The notes: generated by a model not told the origin, from the sequence alone. A DNA stretch of 64,000 nucleotides from Callorhinchus milii (GCF_018977255.1 NW_024704742.1:135348001-135412000); one strand, 5' to 3'. Positions 12,613-25,970 are shown, counted from the first letter of the stretch. Numbers and translations: made by a program.

Positions 12613-12990
12613 CTTTCAGGCAATACATTCCAGATCCCAACAGCTCACGGTGTGAAAACATTTCTCCTCACCTCCCCTCTGTTTCTTTTAACAACTATTT
12701 TAAATTGGTGTCTTTAGGTTCCGACCCACCCGCCAGTGGAAATAGTTTCTCCTTGTTCACCCTATCGAATCCCCTCATAATTTTGAAAATTTCTATTGAG
12801 GCTCCTCTTAACCTTCTCTGCTCCAAGGAGAATAATCCTAGCGTCTCTAACCTCTCCTGATAACTGAAGTCCCTCATTCCTGTTACCATTCTGGTAAATC
12901 TCCTTTGCACCCTCTCCAATGCTTTGACATCCTTCCTAAAGTGTGGTGCTCAGAACTGAACATAGTACTCTAGTTGAGGCCTAATTAATG
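12613..12990 (-). mobile_element. CR1 LINE RT C-terminal fragment
   Basis: Translates to LERVQRRFTRMVTGMRDFSYQERLETLGLFSLEQRRLRG, the hallmark CR1 ORF2 C-terminus. Confidence 0.9.
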
Positions 12991-13449
12991 CTTTACTTCA
13001 TAGCTGTGGGACTTTGCTGTGTGCAAATTGGCTGCCGCATTCACCTACAATTACACAGTCATTATCCTTTACAGTAAGGTCCGGTGAAGTGCATTGAGAC
13101 ATCTTGTCCAGAAACGAAAATGAGACAGTCGCTACATCAATAGAAATTTAGCTGTGAAGCGCCTTGAGACCCATTTTTTTTGTTGACGTTTTAACAAAAC
13201 ACACGGATTATTGAAACCATCTCCCAAAGCGGCTTTCACTCGTGAGAAATCCCATGGTGTAAATTGCGATGTGTGATGTGTTAATTAACACCGACAGTAC
13301 TAATTAACACATGCGTTGGAGGGGGGAAAAAAATCGATCTTGTGACAATTATCACATTGCCAACATTGGCGCATGTGTGGAACGAAACTACTGAGATTCG
13401 TTCTCTTTAAATGTAAAAAGTTCCGGCTGCACTGAAAAATATCCCTGGC

Positions 13450-13820
13450 CTTAAACCCACACAGTCCAGGTTGACGTTCTGTTGCAGTGCTGGGGGAGTA
13501 TTGCATTGTTGTAAGTGCTGTGATTCAAATGAGACTTTCACCCAAAGTCCCGTCTGTGCCTGTTCAGGTGGATGTTAAAATTCAATGGCACTATTGGAAA
13601 AGAGAAGGGAGTTCCTCTCTCCCCAGTGTTCTGGCCAACAAACCCCCAAATAAAATGGGTCATTCGCTCCATGGCTGTTTGCGGGACATTGCTGTGAGCA
13701 ATTGGGTTACTGCGTTCCCCTACAAAACACACAGTCGCTTTACAGTAAAATCCTGCGAAGCGTTTTGAGATGTTCTCCCAACGTGAAAGGTACTATAGCA
13801 AGTGCAAAGATTGTTATCGT
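13450..13820 (+). mobile_element. Deu-domain SINE, family A
   Basis: ctgcattg...gagac...ctgttcaggtggatgttaaa...atggcactattggaaaagagaagggagt block resembles the Deu domain of AmnSINE1/SacSINE1; L2-like tail. Confidence 0.75.
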
Positions 13821-14189
13821 TAAATGTTGGGATCGCCATGTGAGCATCACAAGTACTGCAGCCAGCACTAATATGGAAGCATTGGATATGTGTCTTCAGC
13901 CATCTCTGTTCAGTCATCTCTTGGATGAAAGGTTGAGGATTCAATCCCACCCCAGACACACACACACATCAGGACTTTGAGCTCATTGTATGCTGTATTG
14001 TTGAAGGTGCCGACCTGGGGGTAAGATGTTAAACTTAAGGCCCCATCTACCTGCTCAGGTGGACCTTACCAAATTCTATTGCACTGTTCGAAAAGACATC
14101 TTTCTCCCAATGTCCTGGCTAACAATCTTCTGGCTAAAATTGGTTAAATACCTCCTTTTTACAAATGTAATTTTGTTGTTGTTTTTGAA

Positions 14190-14750
14190 TAATCCCCACC
14201 TTATCATGTCTTGAAGCGCTTCACATGTTGGTTGAATTTATTTGTGTGCGAAACCAGCATCGTGTTTTGTGCACAGCAATGTCCCACAAACAGCCTTGGA
14301 GTGAGGGACCAATTTTATTTGGGGGATTGTTGGCCAAGACTCCGGGAGAGAGAAACTCCCTTCTCTTTTCAAATAGCGCCATGGCATCTTTAACATCTAC
14401 CAGAACAGGCAGACGGGACCTCGGTTTAATGTCTCTTCCGAAGGACAATGCAACACATTCCCAGCACTGCATTGGAGTGTCATCTTAGACCGTGTAATTC
14501 CAAAACCTGATGTGGGGTCTGAACCCACAATCTTCTTACTCAGAGAAGACTGCGCCGGGCTGACATACGTCCACCTGAACAGGCAGGCGGGGCCTCGGTT
14601 GAGGAACAGGACCTCCGACAATTCAGCGCTCCCCCAGCAGTGCATTGAAGCATCAGCCTAGACTGTGTTAGCTTAGAGATCAACGTAGGGCTCGAACCCA
14701 CAAATTCATGACTCAGAAGCAAGAGTGCTACCCACTGAGCCAGGCTGGCA
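14190..14750 (-). mobile_element. Two tandem Deu-domain SINE copies, family A
   Basis: Two Deu blocks, each followed by a tRNA-like head (ccactgagccaggctg on +). Confidence 0.75.
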
Positions 14751-15189
14751 CCCTGCATAATGATCGCTGACGGGGAGTTGGTTAAGTTGGCCAATTTCCT
14801 CCTGTCGGTTTTTAATGTCCATTAAGAAAGAAATCAGGCTGCATATTTAACGGATTTGGGATCAGTTGGAAGTTTCCTCTACACAGTCTGGATCCCGCCC
14901 CCAAGGTAAAATCTAGGCACCCAGTAAAGGGAAAGGCAGTGAGGGAATGGACTTAATAGGTTCATAATGAGCAGTTAACGAGATCATTAGTGCATGGAAC
15001 AAACAAAATGTGCCCCAACAGGAGGAAATGGCTACCAGACAGCTGAGAGACAATTTATACAATAGTATAAAGATCTTCCTCTATGACCACCAGTGAGGTC
15101 ACTTCCCCTTTTTCGGCATTAAGTTCCACCATTGTTAAATACTCTGAGATGCCACCCCATGTGAGGGGCACAATCAAAATGTAAGGCAA

Positions 15190-15670
15190 AGGGATTGTGG
15201 GATAAAGTTCCAAGGGGTGGGGGCAGAGAGGCTGAAAGCCTGGCCGCTGATGGTAGGACGGGTCAGGTGGGAGACAAGGAGCAGGCCAGAGCCAGGGGGC
15301 AAGGCAGGGGAGGGTTTTGAAAGTGAGGGTAAGGATTTTGAATTCTATCCTCTGAGGGATGGGGAGCCAGTGGCACCAGGCGAGGGTAGGGTTGATGGGG
15401 TCACGGAGCTGGTGCGGGAGAGGACATGAGCTGTAAAGTTCTGGATGACAGGGAGGGAGTTACGGAAGTCGAGCCTTGAGATGATGAATGTGTGTATGAG
15501 GGTTTCAGCGGCCTGAGGGGTGAGGCAGTGGTGGAGTCGGGCAATGTTGTGGAGGTGGGGGAAGTCAGAGCAGGTCATGGCGTGGTTATGGGGGAGAAAG
15601 GACAGTGGAGGGTCGAACAAGCTGCCCAGGTTCCTGACTGGCTTGGTGAGGTGGAGTGTGATTCCGTGGC
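15190..15670 (-). mobile_element. Degraded L2 RT C-terminal fragment
   Basis: KPVRNLG.LFD..LSFLPH...HL.NIARL..LTP.AAETL.H.F..SRLD, homologous to the intact ORF. Confidence 0.88.
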
Positions 15671-16629
15671 TGCTGATGTTACCAGCTATTACTAGTAACA
15701 TAATAGTCCTTGCATACGATATAGTGTCTGTAAATATCAAAATGTCTCTAATGCTAATCCTAACCCTAATTGCTGTCAAGTGTAGTGAATGTACGTTTTG
15801 AAATTCACAGAGGCTCCCTTTTTTCCCCCATGTTTCAGTTTGCTTATAATCCTTGCATTTGATAAGGGGGCCTTAATGCTTCATCGAGAGTCAAAGCGCT
15901 TCACAGGATATACTGTAAAGTGATGTCCCACAAACAGCCATGGTGTGAGAGTTACCAGTTTTATTTGGGTGATTGTTGGCCAGGACACCGGGAAAGAGAA
16001 ACTCCCTTCTCTTTTCGAATAGCATCAAGGGATCTTTAACATCCACCGAACAGGCAAATGGGACTTGGTTTGACGTCGCATCTGAAGGACCCCCCCAACC
16101 CCCCAAAACTGCATTGAAGTAGCAGCATAGATGAAACGGGTCACAACTCCTAACACAGGGCTGGAACTCACAACCTTCTATCTCTTTGCCATAATGCTGT
16201 GAAGTGCTTTGAGACATTGCAGTGATGTGACAGACATAAAAAAAGCTCTATATCAAGCACAAGTATTATTATTATTGTTATTATTATGGGTATAATTCAA
16301 TTCCTGGCATTGCATTCTACCTGTGTGCTCAATGAATGATATCTTTCTCATGGCTTGTAAGCAGCCTCAGTGAATGAAGGTGCATGTTGTCTCAGTCAAT
16401 GGTTCCCATGGCCCAAGGGAATCCAGCAATGTTCTGGGATTGTTCTGTTTTCTCCTGTTGCTGTTGCTGGTCTTTAGAGAAGCAGATGTGTCTGTCTATC
16501 TCCTCTCTCAACCAATGCAGCTGTGACCTGCTGGGTACATTTTAACATGGTGGGCTGCCCAACATCTACTAGATGGAGCCTGGAAGGTGGCAGAATCCTG
16601 TAGTGAGGTCCTGAGTCCTGTAGTGGTTA

Positions 16630-16997
16630 TATAATAATAGTTCTTGCATTTAATATGCTTTTCTAGACATCTCAAAGCATTTCACAGGATATACTGTAAA
16701 GTGAATTGACTGTATATTTTGTGGGCGAAACGCGGCAGCCAATTGCGCACAGCAGTGTCCCACAAACAGTCGTGGATTGAAGTGACCAATTTTATTTATT
16801 TTTTTCTTGAGGGATTATTATCAGGCATGTGGAGTAAGGAAACTTGCCCAAGGTTTCGCCCTGCCGGGAATCAAACCCAGATCTCTCGCTTGCGAGGCGA
16901 GTGTTCCAACCACTGAGCTACAGGTTAGAGCACTCGCCTCGCAAGCGAGTGGACACAGGTTCATTTCCCCAGGTGAGGCGAAACCTTAGGCAAGTTT
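16630..16997 (-). mobile_element. Family B SINE (internal-deletion variant) fused head-to-head with a second SINE head
   Basis: The minus copy ends at ctgagctacag and is immediately followed by gttagagcactcgcctcgcaagcgag...ggcaagttt on +. Confidence 0.85.
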
Positions 16998-18217
16998 GGC
17001 AGAAATGTATTCTCCCATGAATACAGTAAATTCACTTTAAGGTATATTCAGTGAAGTGCTTTGAGACGTCTGAACGACATGATATGGCGCTATATCAATT
17101 GCAACGATTATTATTGTTATAAGAGAAAAAATGGGAATTGCTTTCACAAGGACTGGAAGAGCACAGACAGGAGCTCTGAACCGGAACACAGCCAGTGAGG
17201 ATTGATCTTGATAATAAATAGTAATAATAATTCTTGCATTTGATACGGGACCTTTCACGTCAGGAGGACATCTCAAAGTGTTCAACGGATTTACTGTAAA
17301 GTGCAGTGATTGTGCATTTGGTAGGAGAAAGTGCCAACCAACATGCACACAGCAACATCCCACAAACAGCTGTGAAGCTGTGAATGATCAATTTTATCTG
17401 GTAGATTGTTGGCCAGGACACTGGGAGAGAAACACCCTTCTTTTGGGGGGCAATAATGCTGTTGCCAACTTTGATGTTCACCGTAATAGCCAGACATGAT
17501 CTCAGTTTAACATTTATATTGAAGGACCTCCAACAATGCAAAGATCCCCAGCATTTTATTGGTGTGTCAATAGACTATGAGCTCAAAGTCTCACCTCCAT
17601 CCTTGGTCCCATTATTCTCCTTGGCCCCATTTTTCTCATTGGTTCCATCTCTCTTCTTTGTCCAATCTCTCCATGTAGCTGCAACTCTGCTCCAATATAA
17701 GAAATGCCCAACTCCTTCTGTTGACAACGGTTGACAGAGCCCGTGGTTTCAATGTACTTCAGCTGACTTATTGTAAAGTGGATTGACTATATTTTGTGGG
17801 TGAATGCAGCAGCCAATTTGCGCACAACAATATCCCACAAACAACCATGGAGTGAATGATTAATTTTATTTGGGAGAGACTTGTTGATTTGCCTTGTTGG
17901 CAAGCGCACTGGGATTTGAGACAGGGACTTGCCAAGATTCAGTGTTTAGTGGCTGAAGGCACGACTTCCAATAGTGGAGCATAGGAAATGAAGTATATGG
18001 AGAAGACCTGAGGCTGCTGAGCGAAGGCAGTGGACAGTGGAAAACGCTTAATCATCTCATCCGAAGGACGGCACCTCCGACATTGCAGCATACCCCTGTG
18101 ACCGCATTGATGTGTCAGGTTAGGATGCATGGTTTCCAAGTCCCTATGTGGGGCTTTAACCCACAACCTTCTGACTCAGAGTTGAGAGTGCTACTGACTG
18201 AGCCAGGCTGACACAGG

Positions 18218-18508
18218 ATAATAATAATAATCCTTGCACTTTATCATGTCTCAAAGTGCTTCACAGCATATACTGCAAAGTGGATTGACTGTATATTTTG
18301 TGGGTGAAACGCAGCAGCCCCAAAAAAATTTTTTAAGCTATTATTGCCGGAAAAGCCAATCGACTAATAAACAGGTTCCTACTTGCTGCTAGGTAAACAG
18401 AGGCGTGTGGAGTAAGGAAACTTGCTTAAGGTTTCGCCTCACCCAGGAATCGAACCCCGGTCCTCTCGCTTGCGAGGCAAGTGCTCTAACCACTACACTA
18501 CAGGACTC
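18218..18508 (-). mobile_element. tRNA-derived SINE, family B
   Basis: Tail through to head tacaggactc. Confidence 0.85.
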
Positions 18509-19463
18509 TGACAATGCCTAAAAAAGCAGGTAGCGGCATTTCCAATTTACATTGCTGAACGCCACTGATACTGATGTGCGATCCTTTTCATGTGGAGTCT
18601 AATTAAGACCAATAGCACTTGCTTTGGCAATTATAAGTCGGTATTAGTCACAACAGGCACTTTTTGGTTTAAAAAAAATTATATTTGTTTATCTTTCTCT
18701 GTGTCCTAGGGAGACATTCTCGCACGGTAATTTTTTTTGGTCAGCACAGCATCTGACAGATGCGGAAACCCATCACTGTGTATAAGAGTCTCCAAACCAA
18801 GCTGAAAATCCCATGCATCCCACCTACACATGGAAATTCCAGAGATAGATTATTGGATGGAAAGGAATATACAGTCAATCCACTTTACAACTTCAGAACT
18901 TTGAAGACCTTGACTAGAATCCCCCTCCACCCCACCGTAATGTTCTTTCATCACTACTGGGAGCGTGGATTCTTCCCACTCAACCCTTCAAGCCAAAGCC
19001 CTAATGGATAAGATGGTCCTAGCTGGATAAGTAGTGGTAATCTTGCCAGACTAATAAACAGGTTCCTACTTACTGCTAGGTAAACAGAGGGGTGCGGAGT
19101 AAGGAAACTTACTTAAGTTCTGAAAGGTTACCCCTTAACCCACATTCAGGCCATTTTATGGTCAACTTTACGGACACGTGAGCAATGCTTCCATGTCTGT
19201 GATATAGACACAACAACTGTGAAGCAGTAAATGCATTTTCAGAAACTTTTTTTCTATAGAAACTATAGGGTCAAACTATGAACAAAGTGGGAGAGAAGGT
19301 GTGTCAGAGAGACAGTGAGTGAGTTAGAGAGAGTCGGAGACGGAAAGTTAGAGAGTCAGAGAGAGAAAGACAGACAGACAGACTGACCGACAGAAAGAGA
19401 GAGACACAGAAAGAGAGAGAGAGACAGAGAGAAAGAGAGTGAGACAAAGAAAGAGACACACAC

Positions 19464-19495
<32 letters not shown>

Positions 19496-19559
19496 AGGAA
19501 TTTTGCACTCTTTGGCATTAAAACTGCATCTGCCACCTTCTGGCCCAGTTGCTTAGGAT

Positions 19560-19850
19560 ATCCAAATAGCTCCTATTTGCGAAGCCTCATTATTTCCTTT
19601 GCCGACTCCTTTTGCATGACCTGGACATACGAAGGTGTTCCTTACAATCCTCGTGTCCAAGTTATTTATGTACTTTTAAAAATAGCATGAGGTTCCAAGA
19701 CAGACCTCAGGGGTACCCCACTCAGACGCTCTTTCCGCTGAAAGTTCTCATTTACTGCTGCCATCTGTTTCCTGTTTGCAAGCCAATTATCTGTCCAACA
19801 CATACTAAACACCCTGTGCTATGACTTAAGCCTCCTACAGCAACTTAAGT
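19560..19850 (-). mobile_element. Old CR1 RT core fragment
   Basis: Minus strand reads NWLANRKQ.AAVN...SGVP.SVL.P..F...INNLD with frameshifts, the CR1 RT QGSVLGP region. Confidence 0.7.
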
Positions 19851-21109
19851 CTCCCAGAATGGATGGAAGCACACCCTGTACCAATACAGTAGTGAATTAT
19901 AATAACCCTTGCATTCGATATCGCACCTTATCAATGATCGGGTCATCTCTAAGCGTCTCACAAGATTTTACTGTGAAGTGCAGTGACTGTATTTTGTAGC
20001 AGCCACCAATGTGTGCACGGCAATGTCCTACAAACAGCCGTGAAGTGAATGACCAATCTTATTCCCTTTGAGTAGTGCTTTGGGAACTTTAATTTGCACC
20101 TGAACAGTCTCATTCTGAGGAACGGCACCTCTGACAATACGGCTTTCCTCCCAGCACTGCATTGGAGTGTCAGTTTAGACTGTGAGTTCAAAGTGCCTAA
20201 TGTTCTGACTCAGAACCGGGAATGCTACCAACTGAACCAAGCAGAAACCTGACACGTATGGTAATACCACAAGGTGGGCTTGTATGAAGAAGCCCTTTCA
20301 GCCCATCAGATCTCATCACTTCAGAATACCCATCCATCCTACTAAGTCCTAAGTAAGGAAACTTGCCTAAGTTTTCACCCCGCCCAGAAATCAAACCAGG
20401 GTCCTCCCACTTGCGAGGCGAGTGCTCTAACCGCTCACCATGCTCCAGGACTCTACTTTGCTGTATAAATGCAAGGAGAAGGGGGAAGACAGAGTATCGG
20501 ACTTATACAATGCCTTGCACCAAGTCTTCACCAGCTCTGAGAACAAGGTGTTTATTCAGGCAGAGGAGCGTTATTTAATAGTGTAATAATGCGATGAAAA
20601 ATATGTTATATTTTATACAGCCCCTATATATCTCAAAGCACTATACAATGTTTTTTTTCTGGTCAGTCAGGTGTCTGACATATGCTGAAACCCATCACGA
20701 TGCCTAAGGGTATAACCGGATTAACGCAAACCAAATTGTCTGGACCCGAATGGAAGAACTCCTTACACAGCAGCCCTGTTTCGCCACCTGTAAAGTCATA
20801 CAGACTCGCTCCTCCTCCCGCTCTCCATCCAACACTAAATCATCTTTATGGCCTTGCACAGTCGTGAAGTGTTTATCAGAGGGTTAGTGGGGGAGGGGGT
20901 CGTTCAACTGCAAACAGTTGTGGGTCTGGACAATTGTAGCCCCAATCCCTTTGAAACATCCGTGGCTGGAATGTGGTCTCCACATGGGTCAGGAATGTGT
21001 AATAATTTACACAAACACTCACACAATACACACACGCGTGTGCGCCCGCACACACAAACATAGACAAACACCCACAAACTCAACACACCAGGCAGAAACA
21101 TTTACACAA

Positions 21110-21310
21110 ACACAGAACACACACACAGAAAGACTCGCGCGCACATTTACAGGCACACAACATACACAAACACACAACACATGGAAACATATACACAAAC
21201 ATTCAACACACACAGAAAGACTCGCACACACATATACAGGCACACAACGTATACAAACACACACAACACATGGAAACATATACACAAGCACTCAACACAC
21301 ACAGAAAAAC
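21110..21310 (+). repeat. CA-rich minisatellite, about 88-bp unit x about 2.2
   Basis: cagaaa anchors at 21126, 21213 and 21302; catggaaacatatacacaa repeated. Confidence 0.85.
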
Positions 21311-23514
21311 AGAAATATAGACACACGCACAAAACACACACATATAATAGGTACGTAATATATAACTTCTAATAATAAATTGGTCACTTCAACCCACGGC
21401 TGTTCGTGGGACACTGCTGTGCGCAATTGGCTGCCACGTTTCGCCCACAGAATATGCAATCAATTCACTTTACAGTATATTCTGTGAAGCGCTTTGCGAT
21501 GTCTCGAAGATGTGATTAGGCGTGATAATTATTATGTAGTAGTAGTATTTGTATTGTGTGTGGTATACGTGTTGTGTGTCCATGTGCATGTGGTGTGTAT
21601 GATGATGTGGTATGTATCTATTGTATGTGCTGTGTATAATAATAATCTTTGCATTTGAAATAGCACCTTATCACATCTTCAAGATGTCTCAAAACGCTTC
21701 ACAGAAGATATTGTAAAGTGAATTGACTGTATATTTTGTGGGCAAAATATACACACATATACACATAAAAACATACCACACAAGCACTCACATACCATGC
21801 ACATGCACACACTCACTTACACCACACATACACACACATACCTCCACACAATACAACAACAACTTGCATTTATACAGTCCCCTTCATGCAGGTAGTGCCT
21901 CAGAGCATTCAACAGCAGTTTGGGTTGATGCTGAACTGGAAGGAGAGGGGAGGTGACCAAAAGCACAGTCACCAAAAGGAAGGATTGAGGCAGGGAGTTC
22001 GAGAGATTCGGTGCACAGTGGCTGGACACACCACCCGCATCAACGTGCATCCACACATATCACGCACACACAAGCAAATCACACCCATCTGTGCGCGCAC
22101 CAACAACTCAGTGAAATCATTTTTAATCTGAAACAGGGGAGAGAGGGGGAGCAAACGTGAGCGGAATTTTCTTTTTAATCATGGCGAAATAGTAAAAACT
22201 CTACTCTTTTTTTAAAAAAAAAACACAGAAGCTTTGAAAAAAAAACCCCATCAAATATGCACCGCCACATAGAGAGAGGGAGGGGGAGAGAGAGAGAGAG
22301 CGAGATCCCTGCTGTTTTCAGCCTGGGTTTGATTAATGATTTTCTGCTTAATAAAAGGTTCAGAAACCATCTGTTTTTTCCTCCCTTATGCCTTGCCCAG
22401 AGGTTTTTTTCTTCCCAACTTTAGGCTCAGGGCCAGCCGACATTCTGCTTCCTTCATCCCTGTAAACAACCCACCTAGCACCCCCACCCCACCCCCCACC
22501 CTGGTTTTTAATCTTCCAGTGCCGTTTCATACCCGCTGTAATACATATTCATTGCGAGTAAACAGTTTCGACGAATGCATTTAATCCCCTTCACCACCAG
22601 CTATTACCGACCAACGCTGTTTGCCATGCAGAAGGCCAGAGCTCGCCTCCCCAACAGCTGGGTTACAGATGGGACCTGCAATTATTGCGTAAAATAAAAA
22701 TTTACAAGATGCCAGTGGAATTTATTTAGGTTTTTTTTATATGGAGTCCTCGCTGCTTTTTTTTTTGCCCTCCCTCCCTCTTTCTCTCTCTCTGTCTCAT
22801 TTTCTCTCATTCCCTCGCCTGCGCTCTCTCTCTCTTTCTCCCTCACACTCTCATTCTTCCTTATTTTCTCTCTCTCTGCTCCCTTTTTCTCCTTCTTGCT
22901 GTCTCTCTCTGTCTGCTCTCTCTCTCTCTCTCTCTGTCCTCCCATCCTTCGTGCTCGCTATCTCTCCCATTCGCTGTCCCTCACTTTCTCCTTACACTCT
23001 CCCTCATTCCTTTGCTCTCCCTCACTCTCTTCTTCACTCTCTCTCTCCCTTACTTTCTCTGACTCCCTCTCTCTCTCTTACATTCTCTCCCTTTCTCTTT
23101 CTCCCTCCCTCCCTTTTTCTCTCTCCCCTCTGTCTCAAGTAGGCATGCATTCTGGAATTCAATCAGCTAGAGATTCAGTGAGACCTGGAAGAACAGCAAG
23201 GGCAGAGCGGGTGCGGAGGGGGCAGGTGGTCAGTGGCTTTGGCAGGGGAGTGAGAAGTGAGGGCAGAGGAGACGTGAGAAAGGGAAAGAGATACGGGGTT
23301 GGGGTGAAGTTTTCGAAGGGGTTGAGCTAGGGTTCGGAAGGGGTGGGCAGAGTTTGGGATGCGGTGGGCGATGTTTGCGAGCGGTGGCAGGAGTTGGGGA
23401 GGGTTGGGAGGAGTTTGGAGGTGCATTTGAGCGGGGTTTGGGGAGGGCAGACTTTGGGAGGGGTGGCGGCGTTTGAGGGCAGATTAGGGCGGTGTTTGGG
23501 AGGGGGTTTTGGGT

Positions 23515-23805
23515 AAAATGAAACGTTAAACCGAGGCCCCGTCTGCCTGTTCAGGTGGATGCTAAAGATCCCCGGGGCTATTCGAAAAGAGAAGAGATTT
23601 TCTCTCTCCCAGTGTCCTGGCCAACAATCCCCCAAAATAACATAGGTCACTCACTCCATGACTGTTTATGGGACACTGCTGTGTGCAATTCTCTGCCGCA
23701 TTTCACCCATAAAATATACAGTCATTTCATTCACTTTGCAGTATATTCTATGAAGTGCTTTGAGACGTCGCAAAGATGTGATAAGGCGCTATATCAAATA
23801 AATGT
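23515..23805 (+). mobile_element. Headless Deu-domain SINE, family A
   Basis: acgttaaaccgaggccccgtctgcctgttcaggtggatgctaaagatcc Deu block plus tail. Confidence 0.85.
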
Positions 23806-23809
23806 ATCT

Positions 23810-24200
23810 GAGCTCACTATTTGGCATCCTGGAGGCCAGAAATCCCATGGTCTCAGCCAAACTCAGTAAAGAGGTCCAGAAGGACGAGGCAGAGGGATCC
23901 CTGGTCACAGATAGAGAGGACGTCAGTTGTGAGTTTGACAAGGGCTGTATCTGTGCTGCGGGATGGGCGAAAACCAGACTGCAGGGGCTCGAGGAGAGAG
24001 TGGAGGGAGTGACCTGCAAGAATGGTTCCAGGACTTTAGAAAGGAAGAGCAGGTTGGAAATGGGATGGTAATGTAAGAGGTTAGAGGGATCAAGGGTGGT
24101 TTTTTTGAGGAGGGGTGTGATAACATCGGTTTTCAGGGGGAGTGGAACAAGTCCTGAGGAGAGAGACTGGTTGACCATGTCGGCCGTGGAAGCATGGTGA
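23810..24200 (-). mobile_element. Degraded L2 RT fragment
   Basis: MVNQSLSSG.VP.PLKT.VITPLLKK.TLD....Y.PISNL.FLSKVLE. Confidence 0.85.
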
Positions 24201-25654
24201 TGATGGGTTTCCACATGTGTCAGACACCTCTGTATGACACCACCCAAAAAAAATATTTTCAAGCAGTGGATCTAAAACTAAAACCAGGTGAAATTTTGGG
24301 CCTCAGATCGTTTGCAAACGAAAATAATCCTTACATTTGGCAAAGCACCTTAACACGTCATTGGGATTATGATAAAAATAATTATAATCCTTGCATTTTT
24401 TATATTTTTATATTTCCTTTTTTTTATATTTTACATTTTTATATTGATTTTATATTTTATATTGATATAGCGTTTTATCACGTCTTCAAAATGTCTCAAG
24501 ACGCTTTATAGAATATACTGTAAAGTGAATTGATTATATTTTTTGTGGGCATGGAGTAAGTGACCAATTTTATTTGGGGAATTTTTGAAACTCCCTTCTC
24601 TTTTGGAATAGGGAATGGGAATTTCAACGTCAACGTGAACAGGCAGACGGGACCTTGGTTTAACATCTCATCCAAAGGACGCTACCTCTGATAATGCAGC
24701 ACTTCCCCGTCCACCCATGTTTGGACTTTAAGTTCTGAGACACTCCATTGCAGTGCTGGGGGTAGACCGGCTGCATTGTCAGAGGTGGTGACCTTGGTAG
24801 GAGAGATTAAGGTGGACATTAAAGGTTCCCATTGCTGACCCTACCTCTTCAAACCCTATCATCCAGGCTACTCCCTTCACTTAGTGAGCCCCAGCCTGTT
24901 TCATGTCCCCCGCTCTGCCCACACCATTATCGGCAGTCAAGCTTTCAATCTTTCTGTCCCCTCTCTCTTAAACTCCAGCCCAAGGTCCCTCCAACTTGTT
25001 CCGTTCAAAGCTTGTAAGAAGGCCTGTTTCGATCATCTTTCTCCCCATTTCCTCACTCCCCTCGGCTTCCACTTTGAGCTCGGGTGCCAAATCTTGATCA
25101 GCGCTAAATAAATGTAAATCACAGGACATTACTGTGTGCAAATTGGTTCCTACATGTGACCACAAAACAGTCACTGCACTTCACAGTATATCCCGTGAAG
25201 CATTCATTACATCGACAATCTATGCCTCCATCCTTTGCAACTCCATCTCACAGTCGCTCTCTCCCCCGACTCTGTCCAGGCATGTCTTTAATGCACCGGG
25301 TTTCAGTGAGTGCTATACTGCAAGGATGATGCAGAATTTACAAATATTTAATGCTGGCTTTCAGTGAAAACAGAACCTGCCAAACCTAAAAATTATTATT
25401 AAGCACCCAGCGCAAAGAAAAATTGTATTATCAGTAAATATTGCTCTTTGCAGTCAGTGACTGACAGGGCAATAGGAGCAAAGCTCAACTTAAACCCCGA
25501 AGTGACATATTTGGGGGTTAAAAAGTGCAATTGCTCAAAGTTCTGGTTAATAAACTCCCGCTCCCCTCAAAACAAAATATAATAACATATTTTATTAACT
25601 TATTATAATTTTTTATTCAATTAGAAGTCAATAAAAAAATCTTTTTAATAATAG

Positions 25655-25970
25655 CAATAATAATAATCCTTGCATTTGATCTAGTGCCTTATTATGTCGT
25701 CGAGATGTCTCAAAGCGCTTCACAGAATATACTGTAGAGTGGATTGATTGTGTATTTTGGTGGGCGAAACCCCACCATTATTTTTTTTGAAGGAATTATT
25801 ACCCCCAGAAAAGCGATCCACCAATCGACTAACAACCGGATTCCTACTTACTGCTCGGTAAACAGAGGCGTGTTGAGTAAGGAAACCTGCCCAACATTTC
25901 ATCCTGCCGGGAATCAAACCCAGGTCTCTCGCTTGCGAGGCGAGTGCTCTAACCATTGAGCTACAGGACT
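25655..25970 (-). mobile_element. Near full-length SINE, family B
   Basis: Tail, central block and tRNA-like head present. Confidence 0.88.

Noticed and set aside
15750..15770. Telomere-like ctaaccctaa
   Set aside because: Fewer than three imperfect units; chance.
16290..16600. Possible second LF-SINE-like copy
   Set aside because: Only one weak block resembles it, and the ggcactaattggcac core is missing.
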